From the NCBI GenBank assembly GCA_944392755.1, contig CALXXT010000027.1, positions 26,313 to 90,312 of the forward strand: a stretch of DNA of 64,000 nt, written 5' to 3'. The notes below the pieces were generated by a model, which worked only from the letters and a program-made list of their open reading frames with translations, was not told the DNA's origin and did no database searches. This stretch comes from an uncultured Sutterella sp. (GTDB lineage: Bacteria; Pseudomonadota; Gammaproteobacteria; Burkholderiales; Burkholderiaceae_F). The first letter of the stretch is position 1. Every line of letters begins with the position of its first letter. The position numbers and the translations under genes are program-made. Shown here piece after piece: positions 9,249 to 18,383 of the stretch.

Positions 9249-10748
9249 ATGCCCGATCCACTGCGCCGATCGCTCGTCGCTGCCGCCGCAGCGCTGGCCG
9301 GCATTCCTGCAGCCCGAGCGGCGCAGCCGCTCGATGAGCTCGAATTCGATCAGATTTGGGACGTCGTCATCATCGGGTCCGGCGCGGCGGGACTTTCCGC
9401 CGCCGTCGAGGCCCGCACACTCGGCGCTTCCGTCCTCATCGTCGAGAAAATGGGCGCCGTGGGCGGCAATTCGGTCATCTCCGAGGGCCAGATGGCGGTG
9501 CCCAACACCCCGATGCAGGAAAGGCTTGGGATTCGCGACAGCGCGGACCGCTTTGCCGAAGACATTCTAAGGCGGGGCTCCGTCGCTCGGCCCGAACTCG
9601 TGCGCACGCTCGCCGACTCGGCGCTCGACGCCTATTTCTGGACGCAGCGCGAACTCGGCGTGAGGTGGCTCAGAGACCGCATCGAGAGCGAACTCGGCAT
9701 GTCGGTGCCGCGCATTGCGCTGGTCGCCAACCTGAGCGGATCGGGCCTCATCTGGCCGCTCTTCAACCGCGCCGTGGCGCTCGGGGCCGCATGCCGCCTG
9801 CGTCAGCAGGCGCGAAGCCTCATCCTCGGGCCGGACGGCGCCGTCGTCGGCCTCGTCGTCGACGACAGGAACGACTACCGGCCGCTGCGCATCGGCGCGA
9901 GGCGCGGCGTCATCATCGCTTCGGGGGGATTCGGCGCCGACATCCCCATGCGGCGTTTTCAAAATCCGCGCCTCTCCGACCTTGTCGGCACGACGACCCA
10001 GCCCGGATGCACGAGCGAAATGCTGCGCGCCGCCGCGAAGGCCGGAGCCCACCTGCTCCACATGGAGTACATCCACTGCTTGCCCGACACGAGCCCGCTC
10101 GAGAAGGGAGTCGGCCTCGTCTGGTACTTCAACCGCTTCTGCGCCGCCGCGCAGGGCGTTTGGGTGACGCGCCGCACGGGCGAGCGCTTCGTCAACGAGC
10201 TCGGGACCAACATCGAGCGCGTGAAAGGCGTCCTCAGCGTCGTCTCCTCGGGCGACGAGCCCGTGGCGGTCGCCGACTCGCGCGCGGTCGCTCATCCGCA
10301 GTCGGTCATTTTCAACTCGATCGACGTCGCCGAACTCATCGCCCGAGGCGTGGTGCGCAAGTTCGACTCGCTCGAAGCGCTCGCCTCGGCCATGGAAATT
10401 CCCCTCGGCCCCCTGCAGCAGGAGGTCGCTCAGTGGAACCGCGCGGTCGACGGGCTTGCGCCCGATCGATTAGGGCGCCCCGTCTCCTCGATCGCCGAAC
10501 CCATGGGCACGCCCCCTTGGTACGCTGCGCCGATGCATGCCAAGGTGATGATGACGACGGGCGGCATCGCGATCGACTCGAAGGCACGGGCGCTGCGCGC
10601 GCTCGACGACCGGCCGATTCCCGGACTTTACGCCGCCGGAGAAGCGACGGGCGGTGTTTTCGGGCGGGCGTTCCTCAGCAGCTGCGGCCTTCTCAACGCC
10701 ATCGTTTTCGGCCGAATTGCCGGCCAGGAAGCCGCTCGACGCCTCTGA
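9249..10748 (+). CDS. Tat-exported flavocytochrome c-type flavoprotein (FAD_binding_2), substrate unknown
   Basis: LRRSLV Tat signal, DVVIIGSGAAG, ASGGF, GERFVNE, TTGG, PGLYAAGE. Confidence 0.85.
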   Translation: MPDPLRRSLVAAAAALAGIPAARAAQPLDELEFDQIWDVVIIGSGAAGLSAAVEARTLGASVLIVEKMGAVGGNSVISEGQMAVPNTPMQERLGIRDSADRFAEDILRRGSVARPELVRTLADSALDAYFWTQRELGVRWLRDRIESELGMSVPRIALVANLSGSGLIWPLFNRAVALGAACRLRQQARSLILGPDGAVVGLVVDDRNDYRPLRIGARRGVIIASGGFGADIPMRRFQNPRLSDLVGTTTQPGCTSEMLRAAAKAGAHLLHMEYIHCLPDTSPLEKGVGLVWYFNRFCAAAQGVWVTRRTGERFVNELGTNIERVKGVLSVVSSGDEPVAVADSRAVAHPQSVIFNSIDVAELIARGVVRKFDSLEALASAMEIPLGPLQQEVAQWNRAVDGLAPDRLGRPVSSIAEPMGTPPWYAAPMHAKVMMTTGGIAIDSKARALRALDDRPIPGLYAAGEATGGVFGRAFLSSCGLLNAIVFGRIAGQEAARRL

Positions 10749-10885
10749 ACTAGGTTTTTCCGCACACGAAATTTGGAAAAAGTCAACATCCGCCTTCACG
10801 GAATTGCCTAATATTGGGTATTCAAAATAAGGGATGCGGCCGAAGCACCGCCATCCTCCTTCAGACGCCGCCTTGGAGACACCAA

Positions 10886-11740
10886 TTGACCACTGCGATC
10901 GAACGCACCGTCACGCTTGCCAACGGTGCGGTCATGCCGACGCTTGCATTCGGAACCTGGCAAATTCCGCTCAACGATCACTTCAAGTCCGTCATTCGAA
11001 CGGCCATTGATTTGGGCTACCGTCACTTCGACACGGCTCAGATCTACAACAACGCCAAGCTCCTCGGCGAGGCGATTCGCGAAAGCCGCGTCGACCGTTC
11101 GGAATTCTTCATCTCCTGCAAGCTTTGGGCCTCCCACCGCTCGTACGAAAGCGCCCGCGAAGCCTTTGAAGCCGTCTGCACGCAGCTCGGCTTTGACACG
11201 ATCGACCTTCTCTCGGTTCACTGGCCCGCCGCGCAGGGCGAACCGATGGTGTGGCAGTCGCAGAACGCAGGAATCTGGCGCACGCTCGAAGAGCTTCTCG
11301 CCGAGGAGCGCGTGCGCGCGATCGGCGTGGCGAACTTCCTGCCGCATCACCTCGTGCCGCTCCTTGCGCGGGCCAAGGTGCGGCCCATGGTGAATCAGCT
11401 CGAGATTCATCCGGGCTACCCGCAGGAGAAGGCGGCCGCCTTCTCCAGAGCGCGCGGCATCGCCGTGCAGTCCTGGAGTCCTCTCGGACGCGGTCTGCTT
11501 GCCAAGCACCCGCTCCTCGCCGAAATCGGTTCGGCCCACGGCGTTTCCGCCGCGCTGACGGCGCTGAGGTGGAATCTTCAAGCCGGGGCGCTTCCGATCG
11601 TGAAGTCGACCGATCCGGCCCATATGCGCGAAAACCTCCGCGTCTTCGACTTCGAGCTCTCCGAAGAGGAAATGTCCCGCATCAACGCCATGCAGACCAC
11701 CGCCTTCTCGGGACTCCACCCCGACACGGTGAACTTCTGA
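10886..11740 (+). CDS. Aldo/keto reductase (DkgA-like)
   Basis: GYRHFDTAQIY, KLW, HWP, IGVANF, NQLEIHP, WSPLG; TTG 10886 after GGAG. Confidence 0.9.
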   Translation: MTTAIERTVTLANGAVMPTLAFGTWQIPLNDHFKSVIRTAIDLGYRHFDTAQIYNNAKLLGEAIRESRVDRSEFFISCKLWASHRSYESAREAFEAVCTQLGFDTIDLLSVHWPAAQGEPMVWQSQNAGIWRTLEELLAEERVRAIGVANFLPHHLVPLLARAKVRPMVNQLEIHPGYPQEKAAAFSRARGIAVQSWSPLGRGLLAKHPLLAEIGSAHGVSAALTALRWNLQAGALPIVKSTDPAHMRENLRVFDFELSEEEMSRINAMQTTAFSGLHPDTVNF

Positions 11741-11750
11741 TTCTCTCCAA

Positions 11751-13544
11751 ATGAACGCGGGAACCGTCGCTCGATTTCTCCTTCCCGCGCTCGCCCTTCT
11801 TGTCGGCGTCGGTTCGGCAGCCTCCGAAACGATTCGGGTCGGCATCATGGCTTCAAGCGAGCCGCTCTACGAATTGAAGACGTCGGCGCCGTTCGTGCAG
11901 GCGCTCGAGGAGAGCTTCCCCCAGGGAGAGGTCGAGACCGTGCGGCTTTCGGAGGTGCGTCTTCTCGACGAGATCCGCATTTTCCGCCCCGACGTCGTCA
12001 TTCTTTCCTCATCCGAGTTTCTGAGAACGGTCGACGCTTTCGGCGCGCATCCGGTAGCCGCGCGCCGTCCCGAAGAGGCGGAAAGCGCCGAACATTCCGC
12101 CGGCGCGGCGCTTCTGGTGAGGAGCGATCGAACGGACCTCCGGGATCTCAAGGACCTCAAGGGCGAGCGTGCCGCCGCCACGACTCCAAACGCCATCGAC
12201 GGCTGGCTCGCGCTCAGCAAGGAACTGCACGATGCGGGCGAAGAGCCGGGACGCTATTTCGGAAGCGTGCGCTTTCTTACCCACGGATTTCCCGACGCCG
12301 TCCTTTCCGTCCTCTCGGGATCGAGCGACGTCGCGGTGGTGCCGGCCTGCCTTCTTGAAGAGGTTGAAGCCTCGGGACTCGTCGCTCGCGGAGCGCTCCG
12401 CGTCGTTCATGCAAAGAAGGACGACGAGCTGGCCTGCGCCCATTCGACGGCGCTCTACCCCGGACTCATCGCGGCGACGCTTCCCTGGACATCGCCCGAC
12501 ACCGCGAGGCGGATCGCCGTCGCGCTCTTCTCCGGGCCGGCGCTCGGACAGCCCGAAGCCGTCGACTGGGTCATGCAGACGAACTTTCACGAACTGCGCG
12601 AGTTGGAGCGCGCCCTTGGACTCGGCGCCTGGGCCCGTCGCAGCGACTGGCGCGACATCTGGACGCAGTGGAAGACGGAAATCTGCGCCGGATTCGGGAT
12701 TCTGCTTCTTCTCCTCCTTGACGAGTGGCGCGTGCGCAGGCTCGTTCTGCGCCGCACGGAAGCGCTGCGGCACACGCTTGCCGAGCGCGACCGCATCGCC
12801 GAAGCCGAAGCGCAGGCGCGAAAGCGTCTCGAGCGTCTCAGCCGAGTCGGAGCCGTCAATCAACTCTGCGCCATGATCGCGCACGAATTGAAGCAGCCGC
12901 TCGGCGCGCTCATCAACTATGCGGCGGTGATCCGCATGCGCGCCAAGCGCGAGGGCGACCACGACCCCATAGCCGAACGTGCGGCCGAAGGAATCGGCCG
13001 CGAAGCCCGGCGCGCAGCCGACATCGTCGATGCGGTGCGCGACTACGCCCGCCGGGAGAAGCGCCCGATGGAAAAGGTCGATCTTGCCCGCGCCGCCGAA
13101 CGTGCGGCCGAGTCCGCCCGACGCTACGCGGGACGCGGCGCCTCGGGAGCCGCGGAAGTTTCGATCACGGTCGACCTGCACGAAGCGGCACCGGCGTTCG
13201 TTTCCGGACGCCCGCTCGAGCTTGAGCTCCTTGTGGTGAACCTTTTGAAGAACGCGGTCGACGCGGCGAAGACGGCCGAAATTCCCGGACGCGTGCATCT
13301 CTCCCTTTCCGCCGGCGAAGACGAAATTCGCCTCTCGGTGGAAGACAACGGACCGAAGCTCTCCGAAGCGAACCTCGAAAGACTTCGGGAAGCGGGATCG
13401 AGCATGAAGGCCGAAGGTCTTGGCCTCGGCCTCTCGATCGTCCGAGGCATTGCCGACGAACACGGCGCGAAGCTCTCCTTCCGGCCGCTCGAGCCGCAGG
13501 GGCTCGCCGCCTTGGTCCGCTTCAGGCCCATCAAGGAAGCATGA
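11751..13544 (+). CDS. Second TtrS-like sensor histidine kinase
   Basis: Signal peptide, PBP-like domain (VVPACLLE), TM, AHELKQPL, NLLKNA, DNGP, GLGLGLSI. Confidence 0.88.
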   Translation: MNAGTVARFLLPALALLVGVGSAASETIRVGIMASSEPLYELKTSAPFVQALEESFPQGEVETVRLSEVRLLDEIRIFRPDVVILSSSEFLRTVDAFGAHPVAARRPEEAESAEHSAGAALLVRSDRTDLRDLKDLKGERAAATTPNAIDGWLALSKELHDAGEEPGRYFGSVRFLTHGFPDAVLSVLSGSSDVAVVPACLLEEVEASGLVARGALRVVHAKKDDELACAHSTALYPGLIAATLPWTSPDTARRIAVALFSGPALGQPEAVDWVMQTNFHELRELERALGLGAWARRSDWRDIWTQWKTEICAGFGILLLLLLDEWRVRRLVLRRTEALRHTLAERDRIAEAEAQARKRLERLSRVGAVNQLCAMIAHELKQPLGALINYAAVIRMRAKREGDHDPIAERAAEGIGREARRAADIVDAVRDYARREKRPMEKVDLARAAERAAESARRYAGRGASGAAEVSITVDLHEAAPAFVSGRPLELELLVVNLLKNAVDAAKTAEIPGRVHLSLSAGEDEIRLSVEDNGPKLSEANLERLREAGSSMKAEGLGLGLSIVRGIADEHGAKLSFRPLEPQGLAALVRFRPIKEA

Positions 13545-13554
13545 GGATTACATC

Positions 13555-14181
13555 ATGAAGGCACTCATCCGCATTGTGGACGACGACGAAGAGCTCGCGC
13601 GCTCCTACGCGCTGCTGCTTGAAACGGCCGGCTGGGAATGCCGCGTCTGGACGGACGGAACGCGCTTCCTCGAAGAGGAGCGCTTTGAGCGTCCGGGCTG
13701 CGTCATCCTCGACATGCGCATGCCGGGGATGAACGGTCTCGAAGTGCAGAAGGCGCTTGCCGAGCGCGGGTCCGTGCTCCCGATTCTCTTTCTTTCCGCG
13801 CACGGCACGATTTCGGCCGCCGTGGAGGCCGTTCGCGTGGGCGCGCTCGACTTCCTTGAAAAACCCGCGGACCCCGATTCGCTCATCGAAAAAACGACGG
13901 CCGCCGTCGAGCGCGGTCAAGCCCTCTGGACTGCGGCCGAACGGCGCCGATCGGTTGAAAAGCGCTTTCTCAGCCTGACGCCGAGAGAGCGCGACGTCGT
14001 CGAAGCCGTGCTCGACGGGGCTTCGAACAAGGAAATCGCCCGCCGCCTCTCGCTCGAAGTGAGCACGGTGAAGATGCACCGCGCTCACGCTTTCGCGAAG
14101 CTCGACGTGCATTCACCCCAGGAGCTCACGCTCCTCGCGCACGAACTGGACGACAGCCATGCATCGCCGCACGCTTCTTAG
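13555..14181 (+). CDS. Second FixJ/TtrR-family response regulator
   Basis: IVDDD, LDMRMP, LSAHG, FLEKP, LTPRE...STVKMHR; ATG after GAGG. Confidence 0.92.
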   Translation: MKALIRIVDDDEELARSYALLLETAGWECRVWTDGTRFLEEERFERPGCVILDMRMPGMNGLEVQKALAERGSVLPILFLSAHGTISAAVEAVRVGALDFLEKPADPDSLIEKTTAAVERGQALWTAAERRRSVEKRFLSLTPRERDVVEAVLDGASNKEIARRLSLEVSTVKMHRAHAFAKLDVHSPQELTLLAHELDDSHASPHAS

Positions 14182-15610
14182 AGGATCGCTTGCCCTCGCG
14201 CTGGGCTTGCCGGCCATGACCGCAGCCGAGTCCGAACCCTGGGACGTCGTCGTTCTCGGAGCGGGCCTCGCCGGAATCTCCGCGGCCGTCTCTGCGCGCG
14301 AAGCGGGCGCCGAACGGGTGCTCATTCTCGAGAAGACGGCGGTGGCGGGAGGCCATGCGCTTTTGGCGCCGGGCACCATCGCCTCCGCTCGACCGGAAGT
14401 GCCGAACGACGTCATGCGCATGGCGCGGGAAATCGTCGAACGCGGCGGCGCGGACGCCGATCCGGCGCTCGCGCTTTCCCTCTCCGCCGGAAGCATCGCC
14501 GCACGCCGCAGGCTCGAAAGCCTTGGCGTCGATTGGATCCCGCAGGCCCACTGGGCCGTAGGCGCCGCTTCGCCCCGCACGCTCACGCCGAGAACCGCCA
14601 TGGGCGGCTACGAATTCGTGCAGCTTCTTTCGGCCGAGGCCGTGCGGCACGGCATCGGAACGCTCTTCGGCATGCGCGCAACGGGCCTGCGGCGGGAGAA
14701 ATCCGGGAGGCTCACGGTCGAGGCCCGGCCGGTGACGCCAGAAGAAGTGCTGACGGCTGAGCTCGCACCGGCGCGCCGCAATGACCGCGTCATGCATTTC
14801 GAAGCCCGAGCCGTCGTGATCGCCACGGGTGGTTGGGGCGCAAACCGACGCATGCGCCGCCGCTATGCGCCCGACATTTCCGACAGCGTCGCCACGACCG
14901 CCGATCCGCAGGGGCTCTTCGGCGACCCGGCCACGGGCGACGGCATCCGAATCGGCGAAGACTTCGGCGCCGACCTGACCGGCATGCCGCACGTGCAGCT
15001 CATCCCCTACGCCGGAGGGCGGACGACAGACGTTGCCGGGGGCGAAATCTGGATCGACGACTCGGCTGCGCGCTTCGTTTCCGAGGGCGAGAGCTTCGCC
15101 GTCGTGCGGCAGGCCATGGAGGAAAGAGGCATCGACCACTTCTGGGCGCTCTCGGACGCTTCGACGCTGAAGAATGCCGGCATCGGCTCCAAGCTCGCCT
15201 CGGGCCTCGTTCATGAATGCAAGACACTTGAGGAGGCCGCCGTCCGGGCGAAGCTCCCCATCGAGGCGCTCCGCCGCACGGTTGCGCGTTGGAACGACTC
15301 GGTGAAGCAAGGTCGGGACGCCGATACGGGACGCCCCTTGCTCCATGCCCGGCCGATTGCCGTCCCGCCCTTCTACATTGGTCGGGAAACCCTCCTCGTG
15401 CACTTCACCTCGGGAGGACTTCGGGTCGATGCGAGAACCGAGGTGCTCGACCGCCGCGGCCGCCCCATCGACGGACTTTTTGCCGCCGGAGAAGTGATGG
15501 GCGGCATTCACGGCCGAGACCGCCTGAGCGGCAATGCCATTACCGCCGCGCTGGTTTTCGGCGACATTGCGGGACGCGAGGCGGCCGACTGCGCGCTGCG
15601 CCGACGCTGA
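14159..15610 (+). CDS. Tat-exported flavocytochrome c-type flavoprotein, substrate unknown
   Basis: HRRTLL Tat signal, GAGLAG, ATGGW, TGDG, HFTSGG, GLFAAGE, RLSGNA. Confidence 0.85.
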   Translation: MHRRTLLRGSLALALGLPAMTAAESEPWDVVVLGAGLAGISAAVSAREAGAERVLILEKTAVAGGHALLAPGTIASARPEVPNDVMRMAREIVERGGADADPALALSLSAGSIAARRRLESLGVDWIPQAHWAVGAASPRTLTPRTAMGGYEFVQLLSAEAVRHGIGTLFGMRATGLRREKSGRLTVEARPVTPEEVLTAELAPARRNDRVMHFEARAVVIATGGWGANRRMRRRYAPDISDSVATTADPQGLFGDPATGDGIRIGEDFGADLTGMPHVQLIPYAGGRTTDVAGGEIWIDDSAARFVSEGESFAVVRQAMEERGIDHFWALSDASTLKNAGIGSKLASGLVHECKTLEEAAVRAKLPIEALRRTVARWNDSVKQGRDADTGRPLLHARPIAVPPFYIGRETLLVHFTSGGLRVDARTEVLDRRGRPIDGLFAAGEVMGGIHGRDRLSGNAITAALVFGDIAGREAADCALRRR

Positions 15611-15616
15611 GGCGCA

Positions 15617-15636
15617 ATACATCCCTCGGGATGTAT
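15617..15636. promoter_or_regulatory. 9-2-9 inverted repeat, probable response-regulator site for the cytochrome-reductase operon
   Basis: ATACATCCC-TC-GGGATGTAT perfect inverted repeat; -10-like CATCAT at 15657-15662. Confidence 0.55.
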
Positions 15637-15731
15637 CCAAAAGAAGGAGCGCAGGGCATCATGAGAGGCGTTCGAAGCCGTCAGGCGTTTCCCCCGCGCG
15701 GCTTCCCTTTCCCCTTCTAAGGAGACCTCTC

Positions 15732-16067
15732 ATGCTGAAGAAGACTTTTTCGGCAGCGCTCATCGCCCTCGCCCTGGCGACCTCGGCCCATGCGGCCGGC
15801 GGCATGAAGGCGGCCGGCTCGCACGCGAATCTCGCCTGCACGACCTGCCACACGCCGACGATGCAGACGATGCCGACGCGCGACACGTGCCTCACCTGTC
15901 ACGAATCCTACGACAAGCTCGCCGAACGCACGGCGAAGCTCACGCCGAACCCGCACGCCTCGCACCGCGGCGCGCAGAACTGCACGTCCTGCCACAGCAT
16001 GCACGCGAAGCCGCGCTTCGAATGCAACGACTGCCACACGTTCAACATCAAGATGAAGGGGGAATAA
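15732..16067 (+). CDS. Small periplasmic tetraheme cytochrome c
   Basis: Sec signal (AHA) and four CxxCH motifs: CTTCH, CLTCH, CTSCH, CNDCH; NPH-x-SH; AAGGAG RBS. Confidence 0.93.
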   Translation: MLKKTFSAALIALALATSAHAAGGMKAAGSHANLACTTCHTPTMQTMPTRDTCLTCHESYDKLAERTAKLTPNPHASHRGAQNCTSCHSMHAKPRFECNDCHTFNIKMKGE

Positions 16068-17609
16068 ATGTCTCACGTTGATCTTTCCCGCCGCCGCTTC
16101 CTCGGCGCGGCCGCCGCTGGCGCCGCCGCCATGATTCCGGCCGCTCAGGCCCATGCCGCGGCGAAGAGCTCGGACATCCCCGCGAAGTGGGATCTTGAAG
16201 CCGACGTCGTCGTGCTCGGCTGCGGCGGCGCCGGCATGATGGCCGCCTGCCTCGCGCACGACAACGGCGCGAAGGTCGTCGTCTTCGACAAGGGCGCCTC
16301 GCCCTATCACACCGCGACGAATCTCTGCGGCGGCCTCTTCACCGCCTGGGGTTCGCGCATGCAGAAGGCCGACCCCGAAGGCCGCAAGGATTCCTGGCAG
16401 TCGTTTGCCGACGACATCATCGCCTACGGCGAACACATGTCGCTCAAGGAGCCCGTCTACGCCTTCGCGAAGCATTCGGGCGAAGCTTTCGACTGGCTCG
16501 AATCGCACGGCCTTGCGAAGCACCATCTCGAAAAGTATGCGGGGCATACGCATCTGCGCGCCCACCGTCAGGACTCCTTCAAGGGCCGCGACTACATCGA
16601 CGTGCTCGTCAAGGAAATGAAGGCCCGCGGCCTTGAAATCCGCCACAACATGGGGCTTGCCGAGTTCTTCTACGACGAAAAGGAAAACCGCGTCGTGGGC
16701 GTGGCCTGCGGCTCGGGCGACAAGCGCGTCACCTGCCGCGCGAAGAACGGCGTCATCATGGCGACGGGCGGCATCACGGGCACGCCCGAATCGCTCGACT
16801 TCTGGGTTCCGAGCGTCGCCGGCAAGGGCGTCGTCATCGGCGGTCCGTCGAACGACGGCGAAGCGCTCCGCATCGCGGTCCGCGACCTCGGCGTGCCGCT
16901 CTCGCACATGCAGTACATCGCCTCCTATCCCTGCGGCATCGTGACGCACGGCCGCAACGGCCCCTACTGCCGCTGGTGGTTCATCACCGGCCAGGGCGGC
17001 ATCCTGGTCAACAAGAACGGCCGCCGCTTCATCACCGAAGAGGAAGGCATCTGCCACGTCACGCCGAAGCTCGCCGGCAATCCCGACGGCTGCCACTACG
17101 TGCTCGCCGACAAGGCGACCTGGGACCGCACGCTTCAGAAGATCAAGCTCGGCGCTCTCGTCGGTCTTCCCTCCTGGACGGCCGAACGCGTCGAAGCCGA
17201 ATTCCAGAAAGGCGAAAACCTCTGGCGCTGCGGCACGCTCGAAGAACTTGCCGAGCGCACCGGCATCAATCTTGAAGGCCTGAAGGCGCAGATCGCCGAA
17301 TACAACGCCGGCGTCGACGCCAAGAAGGACGCCTTCGGGCGCAAGGGTCTCTCGTGGAAGATCGGCGAAGGCCCCTACTACGTGATCCGCATGTTCCCGT
17401 GGAACAACCTCTCCTGCGGCGGCGTGCGCGTCAACGAGCGCTTCGAAGTGCTCGGCTGGGATCTGAAGCCGATCGCCGGCCTCTGGGCTGCCGGCGAAAC
17501 CGTGGCGGGCGTGCACGGCGCCTTCTACTGCGGCGGCAATGCCTGCGGCTTTGCGCATACGTCGGGCTTCATGGCCGGCCAGTATGCGGCGGGCCGCAAG
17601 GAAGCCTGA
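16068..17609 (+). CDS. Tat-exported flavin reductase subunit partnered with the tetraheme cytochrome
   Basis: SRRRFL Tat motif, GCGGAG, ATGG, GRRF-x2-E, GLWAAGE, GGNA; abuts cytochrome stop. Confidence 0.9.
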   Translation: MSHVDLSRRRFLGAAAAGAAAMIPAAQAHAAAKSSDIPAKWDLEADVVVLGCGGAGMMAACLAHDNGAKVVVFDKGASPYHTATNLCGGLFTAWGSRMQKADPEGRKDSWQSFADDIIAYGEHMSLKEPVYAFAKHSGEAFDWLESHGLAKHHLEKYAGHTHLRAHRQDSFKGRDYIDVLVKEMKARGLEIRHNMGLAEFFYDEKENRVVGVACGSGDKRVTCRAKNGVIMATGGITGTPESLDFWVPSVAGKGVVIGGPSNDGEALRIAVRDLGVPLSHMQYIASYPCGIVTHGRNGPYCRWWFITGQGGILVNKNGRRFITEEEGICHVTPKLAGNPDGCHYVLADKATWDRTLQKIKLGALVGLPSWTAERVEAEFQKGENLWRCGTLEELAERTGINLEGLKAQIAEYNAGVDAKKDAFGRKGLSWKIGEGPYYVIRMFPWNNLSCGGVRVNERFEVLGWDLKPIAGLWAAGETVAGVHGAFYCGGNACGFAHTSGFMAGQYAAGRKEA

Positions 17610-17677
17610 TTGAGGCTCGTCACGGGGCGTTCCTGCGCTTGGTCGAGAACGCCTCATTGAAGCCTTGAGAAGTTGCG

Positions 17678-17709
17678 AAGGGAGTGCGGATCATGATCCG
17701 CACTCCCTT
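17678..17709. terminator. 32-bp perfect palindrome, likely bidirectional terminator
   Basis: AAGGGAGTGCGGATCA|TGATCCGCACTCCCTT between convergent reductase gene and pdxT. Confidence 0.65.
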
Positions 17710-17788
17710 TCCTTTGCCTGCGAAGGAATCGTGGGCTGCACGGGGAAGGCCGACCTGTCCGACCGCCCTTCCCTTTGGCGGAGCGCCC

Positions 17789-18382
17789 TTATTCCGCCGA
17801 TCCATTCGGGCAGGAGCGGCCCTTGACGATTTCCAAAAAGAATCGGTGCACGGACGGATCCGCGTCCAGTTCCGGGTGAAATGCCGTCACGAGCTGGCGG
17901 CCTTGACGAGCCGCCACGATTTTGCCGTCAACACGGGCCAGCACCTCGGCATCTCCCCACACGCGCTCAATGTACGGAGCGCGGATGAATGTCATCGGTA
18001 TCCTGCCGATGCCGGCAAACTCCTCCTGCGCGTTGAAGCTGCCCGACTGCCGGCCGTAGCCGTTTCTGACCACTTCAATGTCCATCGTGGCCAGATACCT
18101 TCGGTCGTCGTTGAGGATCCTGTCGGCCAGAAGAATCAGGCCGGCGCAGGTTCCGAAAACCGGAAGTCCCGCCTTGATTTTCTCCCGGATGGGATCGAAA
18201 AGCCCGAGCTCGCGCATCAGCTTGCCTTGCACGGTGCTCTCGCCGCCCGGAATCACAAGCCCGTCAAACGAAGCGAGCAAATCCTTCTTCTGCCTGATTT
18301 CGAGCGTCTCGACTCCAAGCGAAGCCAGCATGGCTTCATGTTCGATGAACGCCCCCTGCAGGGCGAGCACAGCCACGCGCAT
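17789..18382 (-). CDS. pdxT: PLP synthase glutaminase subunit
   Basis: VLALQGAF-x-EH, IPGGEST, GTCAGLI, FIRAP, FHPEL. Confidence 0.96.
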   Translation of the reverse strand: MRVAVLALQGAFIEHEAMLASLGVETLEIRQKKDLLASFDGLVIPGGESTVQGKLMRELGLFDPIREKIKAGLPVFGTCAGLILLADRILNDDRRYLATMDIEVVRNGYGRQSGSFNAQEEFAGIGRIPMTFIRAPYIERVWGDAEVLARVDGKIVAARQGRQLVTAFHPELDADPSVHRFFLEIVKGRSCPNGSAE

Positions 18383-18383
18383 C

